From positions 67,145 to 131,144 of the forward strand of contig JBIOVM010000116.1 of assembly GCA_044867785.1 (NCBI GenBank): a stretch of DNA of 64,000 bases, written 5' to 3'. This document shows, in pieces, positions 9,616 through 18,677 of this stretch (the stretch's first letter is position 1; each line of letters starts with the position of its first letter). The DNA comes from Candidatus Rokuibacteriota bacterium. Its GTDB lineage: Bacteria; Methylomirabilota; Methylomirabilia; Rokubacteriales; DASRDR01. Both the position numbers and the translations under genes were made by a program. The notes below the pieces were generated by a model that worked only from the letters and a program-made list of their open reading frames with translations, made no database searches and was not told where the DNA came from.

Positions 9616-10832
9616 GTCGTCTGGGGCTCGCGCACGGCGCGGCGCAGCTCCTGGATCCGGTCCAGGATCAGCTCGGCGATCTCCGCCTTGGGGCGACGGG
9701 GGAGGGCGACGGCGCCCCCCCAGCGGTCGAGCAGGACGACCTCGTTCTCGGCGGCGTCGAAGCCGATGTCCGTCCGGCTGACGTCGTTCGCGACGATGAG
9801 GTCCAGGCCCTTCGCGGCGAGCTTGGCGCGCGCGTGGTCGTGCAGCTCGTGGGTCTCGGCGGCGAAGCCGACGAGGAAGCGGTCCCCCTTGCGGAGAGCG
9901 ACCTCCCGCAGGATGTCGGGCGTCGCGCTGAGCGTGATCGTGAGGCCCTCTTGCTTGGAGCGGATCTTCCGCGGGGCGGGACGATCGGGTCGGTAGTCGG
10001 CGACCGCCGCGGCCTTGATCACGACCGTCGCCGCCTCGGCCGCATGCAGCACCGCGTCGCGCATCTCGGACGCGGTCTCTACCGGGATGACGCGGATGCC
10101 GGCCGGCGGCGCCAGGTGCGTCGGCCCCGTGACCAGCGTCACCGCCGCCCCCCGGCGCGCCGCCTGCGCGGCGAGCGCGTAGCCCATGCGGCCGGACGAC
10201 CGATTGGTGAGATACCGGACGGGATCGAGCGGTTCCCGGGTGGGACCGGCCGTGACCAGCACGTGATCGCCGACGAGGTCGCGTCGCGGCCAGAGGCGAG
10301 CGGTGACCGCCTCCACGATGTCCGCGGCCTCGGGGAACCGCCCCATCCCCTGGAGCCCGGACGCCAGGTCGCCGCGGCCCGGCTCGAGCACGGTCGCGCC
10401 GCGGCCCCGGAGCGTCGCGACGTGGGCCTGGACCGCCGGATGCTCCCACATCCCGCCGTCCATGGCCGGGGCGAAGACGACCGGGCCCCGCACCGCGAGG
10501 AGCAGCGTCCCCAGGAAGTCGTCGGCGAGCCCGAGGGCGGCCCGGGCGAGGGCATGGGCCGTCGCCGGCGCGACGAGCAGCAGGTCGGCCCGCTCGGCGA
10601 GCGCCACGTGCTCCACGGCCGCCGGCTCCTGCGGATCGAAGAGGTCCGTGAGCACCGGGCGGCCGGAAAGCGTCCGGAACGTGAGCGGCGTGACGAACTC
10701 GCGGGCGTGGGACGTCATCACGACCGTGACCGCCGCCCCGCCGCGCCGGAGCTCGCGCAGGAGATAGGCCGCCTTGTAGGCGGCGATGCTGCCCGTGACG
10801 GCGAGGATCAGCTCGCGGCCGGCCAGCGACAT
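9612..10832 (-). CDS. coaBC: bifunctional phosphopantothenoylcysteine decarboxylase / phosphopantothenate-cysteine ligase
   Basis: LILAVTGSIAAYKAAYLLREL… is the flavoprotein PPC-DC half. …VTAGPTREPLDPVRYLTNRSSGRMGYALA…AAAVADYRP… is the PPCS half. Length is 406 aa. Confidence 0.92.
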   Translation of the reverse strand: MSLAGRELILAVTGSIAAYKAAYLLRELRRGGAAVTVVMTSHAREFVTPLTFRTLSGRPVLTDLFDPQEPAAVEHVALAERADLLLVAPATAHALARAALGLADDFLGTLLLAVRGPVVFAPAMDGGMWEHPAVQAHVATLRGRGATVLEPGRGDLASGLQGMGRFPEAADIVEAVTARLWPRRDLVGDHVLVTAGPTREPLDPVRYLTNRSSGRMGYALAAQAARRGAAVTLVTGPTHLAPPAGIRVIPVETASEMRDAVLHAAEAATVVIKAAAVADYRPDRPAPRKIRSKQEGLTITLSATPDILREVALRKGDRFLVGFAAETHELHDHARAKLAAKGLDLIVANDVSRTDIGFDAAENEVVLLDRWGGAVALPRRPKAEIAELILDRIQELRRAVREPQTT

Positions 10833-10857
10833 CGATGCCGCTCCGGGACGCCGGGGC

Positions 10858-11085
10858 TCAGGCCGCCGGAGCCGGTGTCTTGTCGGTCTCCTCCGGCTTC
10901 TTCGGCTGGATCTTGCCGGCGATCACCTCTTCGAGCGCCACCGACGTCCACTTCCGGCGCTTCGTCTCGACCTGGGGCTGGGCCCCTCGGTTGAGCTGCC
11001 GGCTCCGCTTGGCCGCGAGCACCACGAGGACGTAGCGGTTGGAGATCTGTTCGAGGGCCTTCTCGAGCGACGGGAACGACATCAT
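10858..11085 (-). CDS. rpoZ: DNA-directed RNA polymerase subunit omega
   Basis: MMSFPSLEKALEQISNRYVLVVLAAKRSRQL… is a typical RpoZ of 75 aa. Start at the internal ATG-ATG. The longer ORF is a spurious extension into gmk. Confidence 0.9.
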   Translation of the reverse strand: MMSFPSLEKALEQISNRYVLVVLAAKRSRQLNRGAQPQVETKRRKWTSVALEEVIAGKIQPKKPEETDKTPAPAA

Positions 11086-11711
11086 GTAGCGCCTCCCGGG
11101 AGAGTCGCCTGGACTCCCCCGCCTACCGGGAGATCCGGCAGGGTCAGGGTGAGACGGGACGTCCGGCAGCGCTCGGCCTCGATGATGCACGCGAGCTGCC
11201 GCAGGGCCTCGTCGAGATGACGATTGACGATCACGTAGTCGTACTCGCGCCATGCGCCGATCTCGTCCACCGCCCGCGCGAGGCGGCGGCCGATTTCCCG
11301 CGGCGCGTCCGATTTGCGCTCCTTGAGCCGGGCCTCCAGCTCCTGCATCGAGGGGGCCACGACGAAGATGTAGAGGCCCTGCGGGTAACGCGCGCGGAGC
11401 TGCCGGGCGCCCTGCGTGTCGATGTCGAGCAGAATGTCGTCGCCCTGGTCGAGAACGGCCTCGAGCGTCCGCGCGCCCGTGCCGTAGAGGTGGCCGTGCA
11501 CCCGGGCCCACTCCGCGAACTCCCCGCGATCGACCATCTGCTGGAACGCCGACTCCGAGACGAAATGGTAGGCCTGTCCCTGGAGCTCCCCGGGCCGGGG
11601 GTGGCGCGTCGTGAAGGAGACGGAATAGGCCAGATGGGGCACGCGCTTCCGGATCTCGCGACAGAGGGTGGTCTTTCCGGCGCCCGACGGCGCCGACACG
11701 ACGATCAGCAT
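11082..11711 (-). CDS. gmk: guanylate kinase
   Basis: MLIVVSAPSGAGKTTLCREI…YSVSFTTRHPRPGE…GHLYGT… carries the P-loop and GMP-binding motifs. 4-nt overlap with rpoZ. The gmk-rpoZ order is conserved. Confidence 0.92.
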   Translation of the reverse strand: MLIVVSAPSGAGKTTLCREIRKRVPHLAYSVSFTTRHPRPGELQGQAYHFVSESAFQQMVDRGEFAEWARVHGHLYGTGARTLEAVLDQGDDILLDIDTQGARQLRARYPQGLYIFVVAPSMQELEARLKERKSDAPREIGRRLARAVDEIGAWREYDYVIVNRHLDEALRQLACIIEAERCRTSRLTLTLPDLPVGGGVQATLPGGAT

Positions 11712-11734
11712 CCCCCGGCGCGACGCGGCCGCGC

Positions 11735-12616
11735 TCACTCGACGTTCTGCACTTGCTCCCGGATGCGCTCGACGAGAGTCCGCGCCTCCAGGACCCGGGT
11801 GACCAGCTCCGCATCGTCCGCCTTCGACGCGATGGTATTGACCTCCCGGTGGAGCTCCTGGGTCAGGAAGTCGAGCTGCCGGCCCACGGCGCCGCCGTCG
11901 GCCAGGAGCGCCCGGAACTGGGCCAGGTGGGAGCCGAGCCGGGCGAGCTCCTCCGCCACGTCGCTCCTCGCCGCCCACGTCGCGACCTCCTGGGCCAACC
12001 GTCCGGGATCCGCGGGGGTGTCGGCGAGGATCGCGTGGACGCGGTCGCGAAGACGCGTCTGGATCCGCGCGAGGGCCGCCGGCAGGAGCCGGTCCACCTG
12101 GCGCACCCAGGCCCCGAGCGCGTCGAGGTGCACCGCCAGATCCCGTCCGAGGGCGGCGCCTTCGGCCTGACGCATCCGACACAGCTCGTCCAGGGCCTCG
12201 TCGACCGCGGACTTGAGGAGCACCCCGCTCTCGCCGTCCTCCTCCACCTCCTCGGCCGTGACGACGCCGGGAAGCCGGAGCAGGTCCGCCGCCGAGATCT
12301 CCTGCGAGAGGCCCGCCGCCTCGGCGAGCGCCCGGGCCCCCCGAGCGTACTCGAGGCCCAGCGAGATATCGGTTCGCACGGTGGCCGTCCCCCCCGCGGG
12401 CCGGCGCAGGGTCGCCGTGAGATCTACTCGTCCGCGCGCGATCCGGCCCTGCACCAGGCGACGGACCTCCGGCTCCTGAGCCGCGAGCCCACGGGGGAGC
12501 TTGATGCTGATCTCGAGGAAGCGGTGGTTCAAGGACCGGGCCTCGGCCACGAGGGCGACACGCGCACCCCGAGCTTCGCCGCGACCGTAACCCGTCATGC
12601 TGACGACGAGGCCCAT
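11735..12616 (-). CDS. yicC: YicC family stress-induced protein (endoribonuclease YicC-like)
   Basis: MTGYGRGEA…LNHRFLEISIKLPR… and the C-terminal …QLDFLTQELHREVNTIASKA… are the hallmarks of the YicC N- and C-terminal domains. It sits upstream of gmk as in many bacteria. Confidence 0.88.
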   Translation of the reverse strand: MGLVVSMTGYGRGEARGARVALVAEARSLNHRFLEISIKLPRGLAAQEPEVRRLVQGRIARGRVDLTATLRRPAGGTATVRTDISLGLEYARGARALAEAAGLSQEISAADLLRLPGVVTAEEVEEDGESGVLLKSAVDEALDELCRMRQAEGAALGRDLAVHLDALGAWVRQVDRLLPAALARIQTRLRDRVHAILADTPADPGRLAQEVATWAARSDVAEELARLGSHLAQFRALLADGGAVGRQLDFLTQELHREVNTIASKADDAELVTRVLEARTLVERIREQVQNVE

Positions 12617-12706
12617 GGAGTGCCTACGATGCTAGCCGAAGCCGTCCAGGAGTGTCAACGCGCACGGACGACCCGCGGCGGCCAGCCGGTGTGTGAAACA
12701 TCAATG

Positions 12707-12775
12707 ACGATGCACGTTTGTCCTTCATCGTCCGCGAGCCCCGTGGCCATCGGGCCCCGCGGACGATCGCGGGAG
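12707..12775. repeat. two overlapping inverted repeats in the yicC / small-ORF divergent intergenic region
   Basis: GACGATG-N12-CATCGTC at 12707-12732, and CGTCCGCG-N31-CGCGGACG at 12729-12775. They lie in a locally lower-GC stretch of 260 bp. Operator-like or structured-RNA-like. Confidence 0.4.
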
Positions 12776-12876
12776 ACGGCCGGAGATTCTTGCCAGAGCG
12801 GCACCTTCTACGCTATTAGGACTTGTTGGTTGGCCGTGCCGGACGGGAGCGGAAGCACGAGCGAGCGCGGAGCGGG

Positions 12877-13168
12877 GATGGCGAGCGACTCTAACCGACA
12901 GCCGATGCCGGAGAACCCGAGGCAGTACGTCTGCCCGTCGTGCCATCTGCACCTACTGTCCTGGACCACGCACACCAAGCAGATCGAGATGTTCCACAAG
13001 GTCGCCCTGTGGTCCGACTTCTGGACGGGCGACGTCCGTCTCATCTGCCAGTACTGCCTGGGCGCGACCGAGATCCTGCCGACGGCGCTGGTGGACCTGC
13101 TGCGCCAGCGCTACGGCTTCCACATCCCGCAGACGACCCCGACGCCTCCCGGCCGCCGCCGCGACTGA
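12877..13168 (+). CDS. small hypothetical protein with two CxxC pairs (zinc-ribbon-like)
   Basis: MASDSNRQPMPENPRQYVCPSCHLHLLSW…LICQYCLGATEIL… In contrast to the surrounding spurious ORFs it has a non-biased amino-acid composition and high GC3 codon usage. Only the last ~97 codons of the 471-aa ORF 11753..13168 are protein-like. Confidence 0.5.
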
Positions 13169-13195
13169 CGCGCCGCCGCGCCGTCGCGGGCCGCG

Positions 13196-13225
13196 TTGAC
13201 ACCCTTCGAACGCCCCCGGTATAGT
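13196..13225 (+). promoter_or_regulatory. sigma70-like promoter for the ABC transporter operon
   Basis: TTGACA (13196-13201), an 18-nt spacer, then TATAGT (13220-13225). A GAGGAGG RBS lies 5 nt before the ATG at 13262. Confidence 0.55.
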
Positions 13226-13261
13226 CCCGACTGCCGACCGCGACTTCCCGAGGAGGTCTTC

Positions 13262-14338
13262 ATGCACACGCGCCGACTGACCCGCCGCGAGCTCCTGGCC
13301 TCGGCGGGCTTCCTGTCCGCCGCCGCTGTCCTGCCGCGCCCGAGCCATGCCCAGCCCCGTCCGATCACGGTCTCCCACAGCGTCTCGACCGTCGTCTACG
13401 CCCAGCATCTGGTCGCCCGCGAGAAGCGATTCTTCGAGGAGGAAGGGGTCACTGCCGACAAGGGCTTCATCGTGCCCGGTGGCGGTGCCAAGGTGGTGCA
13501 GGCGCTGGCGGCGGGGCAGGCGCTCTTCGCGCTCGGCGACTCGAATCACCCGCTCAAGATCAGCGAGAAGGGCAAGGAGGCCGTGATCCTCTTCGCCACC
13601 GACACGCGCTGCTCCTACGCGAACGTCGTGGCGCGCAAGGATCTCTACGACGCGGGTCTCACGTCCCTCGACAAGCTGGCCACGGTCAAGCGCCCGGGCG
13701 GGGGCAAGTGGGTGGTGGCCGCCACCGCCATCGGCTCCGGCACGTGGGTCTACGGCAACTACGTCCTCGAGCAGCAGCGGACGCCCGACGGCCGGCCCCT
13801 GAGCAGCCTGGTCGAGTGGGTGGGCGGCGGCGCCTCGACGACGATGCTCGGAGGGCTCAAGGCCGGGAAGTTCGACGCGATCATGGCGGTGCCCGAATGG
13901 CTCTGGGCCGCCGAGGACCAGGGGTTCGGCAAGGCCATCTACGACGTCCTCGACGAACGCGCCTGGAACGCGGTCTTCGGAGGTCCGTTGCCGGTCACCG
14001 TCGGCTACTGCCTCCGCGAGACCATCGAGAGGCAGCCGGCGGCGGTGCAAGGCTACGTCAGCGCCTGCTTCCGCGCCCAACAGTGGATCCAGAAGGCCCC
14101 TGACGGCGAGATCCTCGAGCTCCTCCACCGCCCCTACATGGACACCTTCTCGCGCGACGAGGTCCTCAAGTCCATTCGCTACTACAAGGGCATCTTCGAT
14201 TGGGACTTCCTCGTGGACGAGAAGCAGTACGGCGAGGTCCTGAAGATCTTCCTCTCGACGAAGGTCCTGGACGCGCCGATCGCGTACTCGAAAGCGGTCG
14301 ACATGTCCTTCGCGCGGAAGGCGTCCCAGCGATCGTAG
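13262..14338 (+). CDS. ABC transporter substrate-binding protein, NMT1/THI5-like (aliphatic sulfonate/nitrate/taurine family), Tat-secreted
   Basis: Twin-arginine signal MHTRRLTRRELLASAGFLSAAAVLP. The fold is SsuA/TauA-like (…FALGDSNHPLKISEKG…). It is followed by ATPase and permease genes. Start at the internal ATG (MHTRR). Confidence 0.85.
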   Translation: MHTRRLTRRELLASAGFLSAAAVLPRPSHAQPRPITVSHSVSTVVYAQHLVAREKRFFEEEGVTADKGFIVPGGGAKVVQALAAGQALFALGDSNHPLKISEKGKEAVILFATDTRCSYANVVARKDLYDAGLTSLDKLATVKRPGGGKWVVAATAIGSGTWVYGNYVLEQQRTPDGRPLSSLVEWVGGGASTTMLGGLKAGKFDAIMAVPEWLWAAEDQGFGKAIYDVLDERAWNAVFGGPLPVTVGYCLRETIERQPAAVQGYVSACFRAQQWIQKAPDGEILELLHRPYMDTFSRDEVLKSIRYYKGIFDWDFLVDEKQYGEVLKIFLSTKVLDAPIAYSKAVDMSFARKASQRS

Positions 14339-15150
14339 CCGCGTCTCCCCGAGTCCGCGTCGAGGTTCGGGACCTCGGGAAGACCTTCGCGGCCGGCGGG
14401 CAGGCCGTCCACGCCGCCGAAGGGGTGTCCTTCGACGTCCTCGACGAGGAGTTCGTCGCCCTGGTGGGCCCATCGGGCTGCGGCAAGTCGACGGTCCTCA
14501 ACATGATCGCGGGACTCGTCGCGCCCACCCGCGGCACGATTCGCCTGGACGGGCACCCCCTCGCCGGCGTCCCCGCCCAGGTGGGGTACGTGTTCCAGAA
14601 GGACACAGTCTTCCCGTGGCGCACCGTCGCGCAGAACATCGAGCTCGGGCTCGCGTACCGGGGCCTCGGCCGGGCCGAGCGGGCGCGGCGCGTCCGCGAA
14701 GCCATTCGGCTGGTGGGTCTCGAGGGGTTCGAGAACGTGTTTCCGGCGACCCTGTCCGGCGGGATGCGCCAGCGCGTGGCACTCGTGCGCTCGCTGGTCG
14801 TCGAGCCGGAGATCCTGCTGATGGACGAGCCGTTCGGGGCGCTGGACACTCATACGAAGCTTCGCCTGCAGGCTCAGCTCCTGGCCCTCTGGACCGGCAA
14901 GCGGCAGACGGTCGTATTCGTGACCCACGATCTGGCCGAGGCGATCACTCTGGCCGACCGCGTCATCGTCCTGACCAGCCGGCCCGGGCGCATCAAGCAC
15001 GTGCACGCGGTCAAGCTCCCCCGCCCGCGCGACGTCATCCGGATCCGCGAGACCGACGAGTACGCGCGGGAGTTCCGGGCTCTCTGGCGCGTGCTGGGCG
15101 AGGAGTTCGCGAAGGCCGACCAGGGCGCGGGGCGAGGCGAGGTGGCATGA
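14200..15150 (+). CDS. ABC transporter ATP-binding protein (SsuB/TauB/NrtD-like). The 5' end is uncertain.
   Basis: Walker A (GPSGCGKST), signature (LSGGMRQR), Walker B (ILLMDEPFGALD), H-loop (VTHD). The conserved domain begins near 14340 (VRVEVRDLGKTF). The only in-frame ATG is at 14200, which overlaps the SBP gene by 139 nt, so the true start may be non-canonical. Confidence 0.85.
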   Translation: MGLPRGREAVRRGPEDLPLDEGPGRADRVLESGRHVLRAEGVPAIVAASPRVRVEVRDLGKTFAAGGQAVHAAEGVSFDVLDEEFVALVGPSGCGKSTVLNMIAGLVAPTRGTIRLDGHPLAGVPAQVGYVFQKDTVFPWRTVAQNIELGLAYRGLGRAERARRVREAIRLVGLEGFENVFPATLSGGMRQRVALVRSLVVEPEILLMDEPFGALDTHTKLRLQAQLLALWTGKRQTVVFVTHDLAEAITLADRVIVLTSRPGRIKHVHAVKLPRPRDVIRIRETDEYAREFRALWRVLGEEFAKADQGAGRGEVA

Positions 15151-15169
15151 CCCCGCGGCGGCGTGCCCC

Positions 15170-15988
15170 GTGACGGACCGGACGCGGGTCACCGTCTGGC
15201 GACTCCTGATCCTGGCCGTTCTCCTGGGGCTCTGGGAGGGGCTGACGCACCCGGCCGTCACGAAGTCCGTCTCGCGCGTGATCTACTTCGTCGACCCCTT
15301 CTTCATCAGCCGGCCCTCGGCGATCTGGAGCCGCTTCTGGCATCTGAACTCCGCGGCGGTCCGAGTGCCGCTCTGGCAGCTCCTGCTCTCCACCCTCGAG
15401 TCCACGCTGCTCGGTTTCGCGGTCGGGGTGGGCAGCGGCTTCCTCGCGGGCCTCGGGCTCGGCCGGAACGCGAAGCTCGCCGCGGTGCTGTACCCCTACA
15501 TCGTGGCATTCAACTCGCTGCCTCGAATCGCGCTGGTGCCGCTGGTGACGATGATCTTCGGCTTCGGCCTCGCCGCGAAGGTGGTCCTCGCCTGGCTCAT
15601 CGTCTTCTTCATCGTCTTCTTCAACACGTTCCAGGGCGCGCGGGGCGTCGATCCGGATCTCATCCATTCGGCTCGCTTCCTCGGCGCCTCCGAGCGCCAG
15701 GTCATGCGGACGGTGATCGTCCCGTCGGCGCTCGCCTGGACGTTCGCCTCGCTGACGCCCTCCGTGTCGTTCGCCCTGATCGGGGTGGTGATCGGCGAGT
15801 TCATCGGCGGGGAGTCCGGGGGCGGCATCGGCTACCTGATCATCGCGTCCCTCGGCAGCCTCAATGCAGCCGACATGATGGTCGCGCTCCTGGTGCTCGG
15901 CATCACGGGAATCGTGCTCGCGCTCGGCATCCACCAGGTCGAGGCTCGCCTCCTCCGCTGGCGGCCCGAGTACCAGGCGCGTGCCTGA
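15170..15988 (+). CDS. ABC transporter permease (SsuC/TauC-like)
   Basis: Six predicted TM segments with an EAA-like loop (…IHSARFLGASERQVMRTVIVPSA…). It lies directly downstream of the ATPase. Confidence 0.88.
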   Translation: MTDRTRVTVWRLLILAVLLGLWEGLTHPAVTKSVSRVIYFVDPFFISRPSAIWSRFWHLNSAAVRVPLWQLLLSTLESTLLGFAVGVGSGFLAGLGLGRNAKLAAVLYPYIVAFNSLPRIALVPLVTMIFGFGLAAKVVLAWLIVFFIVFFNTFQGARGVDPDLIHSARFLGASERQVMRTVIVPSALAWTFASLTPSVSFALIGVVIGEFIGGESGGGIGYLIIASLGSLNAADMMVALLVLGITGIVLALGIHQVEARLLRWRPEYQARA

Positions 15989-18677
15989 CTCCGGGGGGCC
16001 CGCGCCAGTCGCGGGCTCGCCGGCGAACGGCCGCCCGCGATTCCGGCGGAGTGGGCGGGCATGGCGTGACACGGCGCTCGTCGCCCTCCTTCTGTTGGCC
16101 CTGGCCGTCGTCCTCACCTGGCCGGTCACCACCCACCTCGGCTCGGCGGCATCCGACCTGGGGGATCCCGTCCTGACGACCTGGATCCTGGCGTGGAACG
16201 TCCACGCCTTGACCGCCGCCCCGCTCCGGCTCTTCGACGCCAACATGTTCCACCCCCGGCGCTGGGCCCTCGCCTACACCGAACACCTGCTCGGCCTCGT
16301 GCCCTTCGTCGGAGCCGCTCGGCTGATCGGGGCGGATCCGCTCGTGGCTCACAACCTCGTGTGGCTCGCCACCTTCCCGATGGTGGGCCTCGCGCTCTTC
16401 TGGCTGGTTCGGCACCTCACGGGACACACCGGGGCCGCCGCGCTGGCTGCCGTGCTCTATGCGTTTTCACACTTCCGCTTCGGCCAGATGGGGCACGTCC
16501 AGATCTTGAGCCACCAGTGGCTCCCGATCATGCTGCTGGGGCTCCACCGCGCGGCGGAGCATGGCGGCCGCTGGCGCGACCTCGGTCTGGCCGCGGGGGC
16601 CCTCGCGCTCCAGGCCCTGTCGTCCGGATACCACGCGGTCTTCGCCACGATCGCGGGCGCCCTCTTCGTCGGCTGGCTGGCCCTGCCGGGCGGGCGACCT
16701 CCCCTCGGCCGCCTGACCGTGCGCGGAGGCGTGCTCGCCGGCCTCGTCGCGCTCCTTCTGCTGCCGTTCATCCTCCCGTACCGGATCGTTCGCGGCGAGA
16801 CCGGGCTCACCAGAAGCTACGAGGAGATCGTGTCGTACGCGGCCCGACCCAGGGCCTACCTGGCGGCACCGGAGACCAGCCGATGGCTCGGCGAGGCCAC
16901 GGCGCGGTTCCGCGTCGAAGAGGCCGCCCTGGCGCCGGGCCTGGTTCCTCTGGCGCTCGCCGCCGGCGGCGCCGTGCTGGCGTGGCGTGGACGCGCGGCC
17001 TCTGGCCGGGCGCGGGCGCCGCGGCCTCGGTGGAGGCGCGCGCTCGACGTGGCGATCGCGGCGCTCGTCCTGGTGGCCCTCGCCAACTGGCTCCTCTTCG
17101 GCCGGCTGACCCTGCACGTGGGAGCGGTGCGCCTCTCGAGCCGAGCGTTCGGCTGGACCCTGCTCCTCGTGGCCGCGGCCGTCCTCGTCGCCCGCCGGTG
17201 CCTGCCGGGGGCCGGAGTGCCCGTGCCGGGGCTCGGGTGGCTGCGGGGGTTCGGATGGCCGAACAGCGCCGGCTACTACGTGGCGCTGACCGTCGTCGGC
17301 GTGGTCGGCTCTTTCGGGCCGTCGCTCGAGCTCGGCGGGCAACTGACGGTCCGGCCGCTCTACTACCAGCTCTACGGGGTCATGCCGGGCTTCGACGCGC
17401 TTCGGGTCCCGGCGCGCTTCGGCGTCTTGGTCACCACTGGGCTCGCCGTCCTCGCCGGCCTCGCGGCGGCCGCGCTCGCGCGGCGCCTGGCGCGTCATCG
17501 GCGGCGGGCGCTCGTCCTGGGTGGGCTCGGCGTCATGGCCGTGCTCGAGGTGTGGGTGGCGCCACTGCGCCTCGCAGCCGTGTCGCCCGAGCCCGGGCCG
17601 GCCGCGCGGTGGCTCGCCGCCCAGCGTGGCATGGAAGCCGTGCTCGTGCTGCCGATGCGCGACCGACACGCCGGCTACCTGGAGAGCCTGCGGCTCCTCG
17701 AATCCACCGCGCACTGGCGTCCGCTCGTCAACGGCTACAGCGGGGTCTATCCGCGGGACTACGCGGCGGACGTCGCGCTGCTCAACACGTTTCCGGCCCC
17801 CGCAGCCGTCGCGCGCCTCCGGGCGATGTACGTCCGGTACGTCGTCGTGAACCTGGGCCAGTACCCTCCCCGGTCACGGGCCCGGCTCGCCGCCGCGCTC
17901 GAGCAGCTACCCCCGGGCGTCACACGGGCGGCGATCTTTCCGCACACGCAGATACTCGAGATCGGTCCGGAGCCGGCCCGGATGTCAGGCCAGGCGGGTG
18001 GTGAGGACGAACTCCCGGGCGCGGGCCAAGACCGCCGGCTCCACCAGCCCCGCGGCGCCGAGCGTGTCGAAGCACTCGGAGATCGTGAGCACCGAGTGAA
18101 GGCGATAGCCCCGCGCCAAGAGCCGCTCTCGCGCCCCCTGCTCGCGGTCGATCAGGACCACCAGGTCCTCGACGACGAGGCCCGCGGCCTCGAGCGGCTC
18201 GATCGCCTCCAGCTTGGACGCTCCGTCGGTGACGATGTCGTCGATCACGACCACGCGCTCCCCCGGCTGGAACCCGCCTTCGATGCGCCGCCGCGTGCCG
18301 TACGTCTTCGCCTCGCGGCGCGGATAGACGAGGGGGACGCCCCCGGCGAGGCTGGCGGCCACCGCCAGGGGGAGACCCGCGTACGGGATGCCCGCGATCC
18401 GGTCGGCCCGGCAGCGTGCCACCTCGGCCGCCATGAGCCGCCCGATCTCCGCGAGCACGTCCGGGTGCGAGATCACCACCCGCAGGTCGACGTAGAAGGG
18501 CGACGTGGCCCCGGACTTCAACACGAACTCTCCGAAGCGCACGCCTCCGATCGCGTGGAGCCGCCGCACGAGGAGCCCGGTGTCCGCCGCGCTCACGCCG
18601 GTATCTCCGCGAGGATGGCCGCCGCGGCGGCGGCCGGATCGGGGGCGCCCGTGATCGGGCGGCCCACGACGAGATAG
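15981..18677 (+). CDS. large polytopic membrane protein, possibly a GT-C-like glycosyltransferase or DUF-type protein. The 3' end is problematic.
   Basis: The first ~670 codons are clearly protein-like, with many TM helices and conserved-looking blocks (DLGDPVLTTWILAWNVHAL, NMFHPRRWALAYTEHLLG, YAFSHFRFGQMGHVQILSHQWLPIML). The plausible C-terminus is …AIFPHTQILEIGPEP, near 17990. No stop occurs in this frame until 18677, so the ORF runs antisense through all of pyrE and into pyrF, and that stretch has a nonsense composition. The alternative frame stops at 18004. Confidence 0.55.
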   Translation: MPDSGGPAPVAGSPANGRPRFRRSGRAWRDTALVALLLLALAVVLTWPVTTHLGSAASDLGDPVLTTWILAWNVHALTAAPLRLFDANMFHPRRWALAYTEHLLGLVPFVGAARLIGADPLVAHNLVWLATFPMVGLALFWLVRHLTGHTGAAALAAVLYAFSHFRFGQMGHVQILSHQWLPIMLLGLHRAAEHGGRWRDLGLAAGALALQALSSGYHAVFATIAGALFVGWLALPGGRPPLGRLTVRGGVLAGLVALLLLPFILPYRIVRGETGLTRSYEEIVSYAARPRAYLAAPETSRWLGEATARFRVEEAALAPGLVPLALAAGGAVLAWRGRAASGRARAPRPRWRRALDVAIAALVLVALANWLLFGRLTLHVGAVRLSSRAFGWTLLLVAAAVLVARRCLPGAGVPVPGLGWLRGFGWPNSAGYYVALTVVGVVGSFGPSLELGGQLTVRPLYYQLYGVMPGFDALRVPARFGVLVTTGLAVLAGLAAAALARRLARHRRRALVLGGLGVMAVLEVWVAPLRLAAVSPEPGPAARWLAAQRGMEAVLVLPMRDRHAGYLESLRLLESTAHWRPLVNGYSGVYPRDYAADVALLNTFPAPAAVARLRAMYVRYVVVNLGQYPPRSRARLAAALEQLPPGVTRAAIFPHTQILEIGPEPARMSGQAGGEDELPGAGQDRRLHQPRGAERVEALGDREHRVKAIAPRQEPLSRPLLAVDQDHQVLDDEARGLERLDRLQLGRSVGDDVVDHDHALPRLEPAFDAPPRAVRLRLAARIDEGDAPGEAGGHRQGETRVRDARDPVGPAACHLGRHEPPDLREHVRVRDHHPQVDVEGRRGPGLQHELSEAHASDRVEPPHEEPGVRRAHAGISARMAAAAAAGSGAPVIGRPTTR
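17985..18596 (-). CDS. pyrE: orotate phosphoribosyltransferase
   Basis: …GEFVLKSGATSPFYVDLR… and the PRPP-binding motif VVVIDDIVTDGASK. GTG start (VSAADTG). 4-nt overlap with pyrF. Confidence 0.9.
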   Translation of the reverse strand: MSAADTGLLVRRLHAIGGVRFGEFVLKSGATSPFYVDLRVVISHPDVLAEIGRLMAAEVARCRADRIAGIPYAGLPLAVAASLAGGVPLVYPRREAKTYGTRRRIEGGFQPGERVVVIDDIVTDGASKLEAIEPLEAAGLVVEDLVVLIDREQGARERLLARGYRLHSVLTISECFDTLGAAGLVEPAVLARAREFVLTTRLA

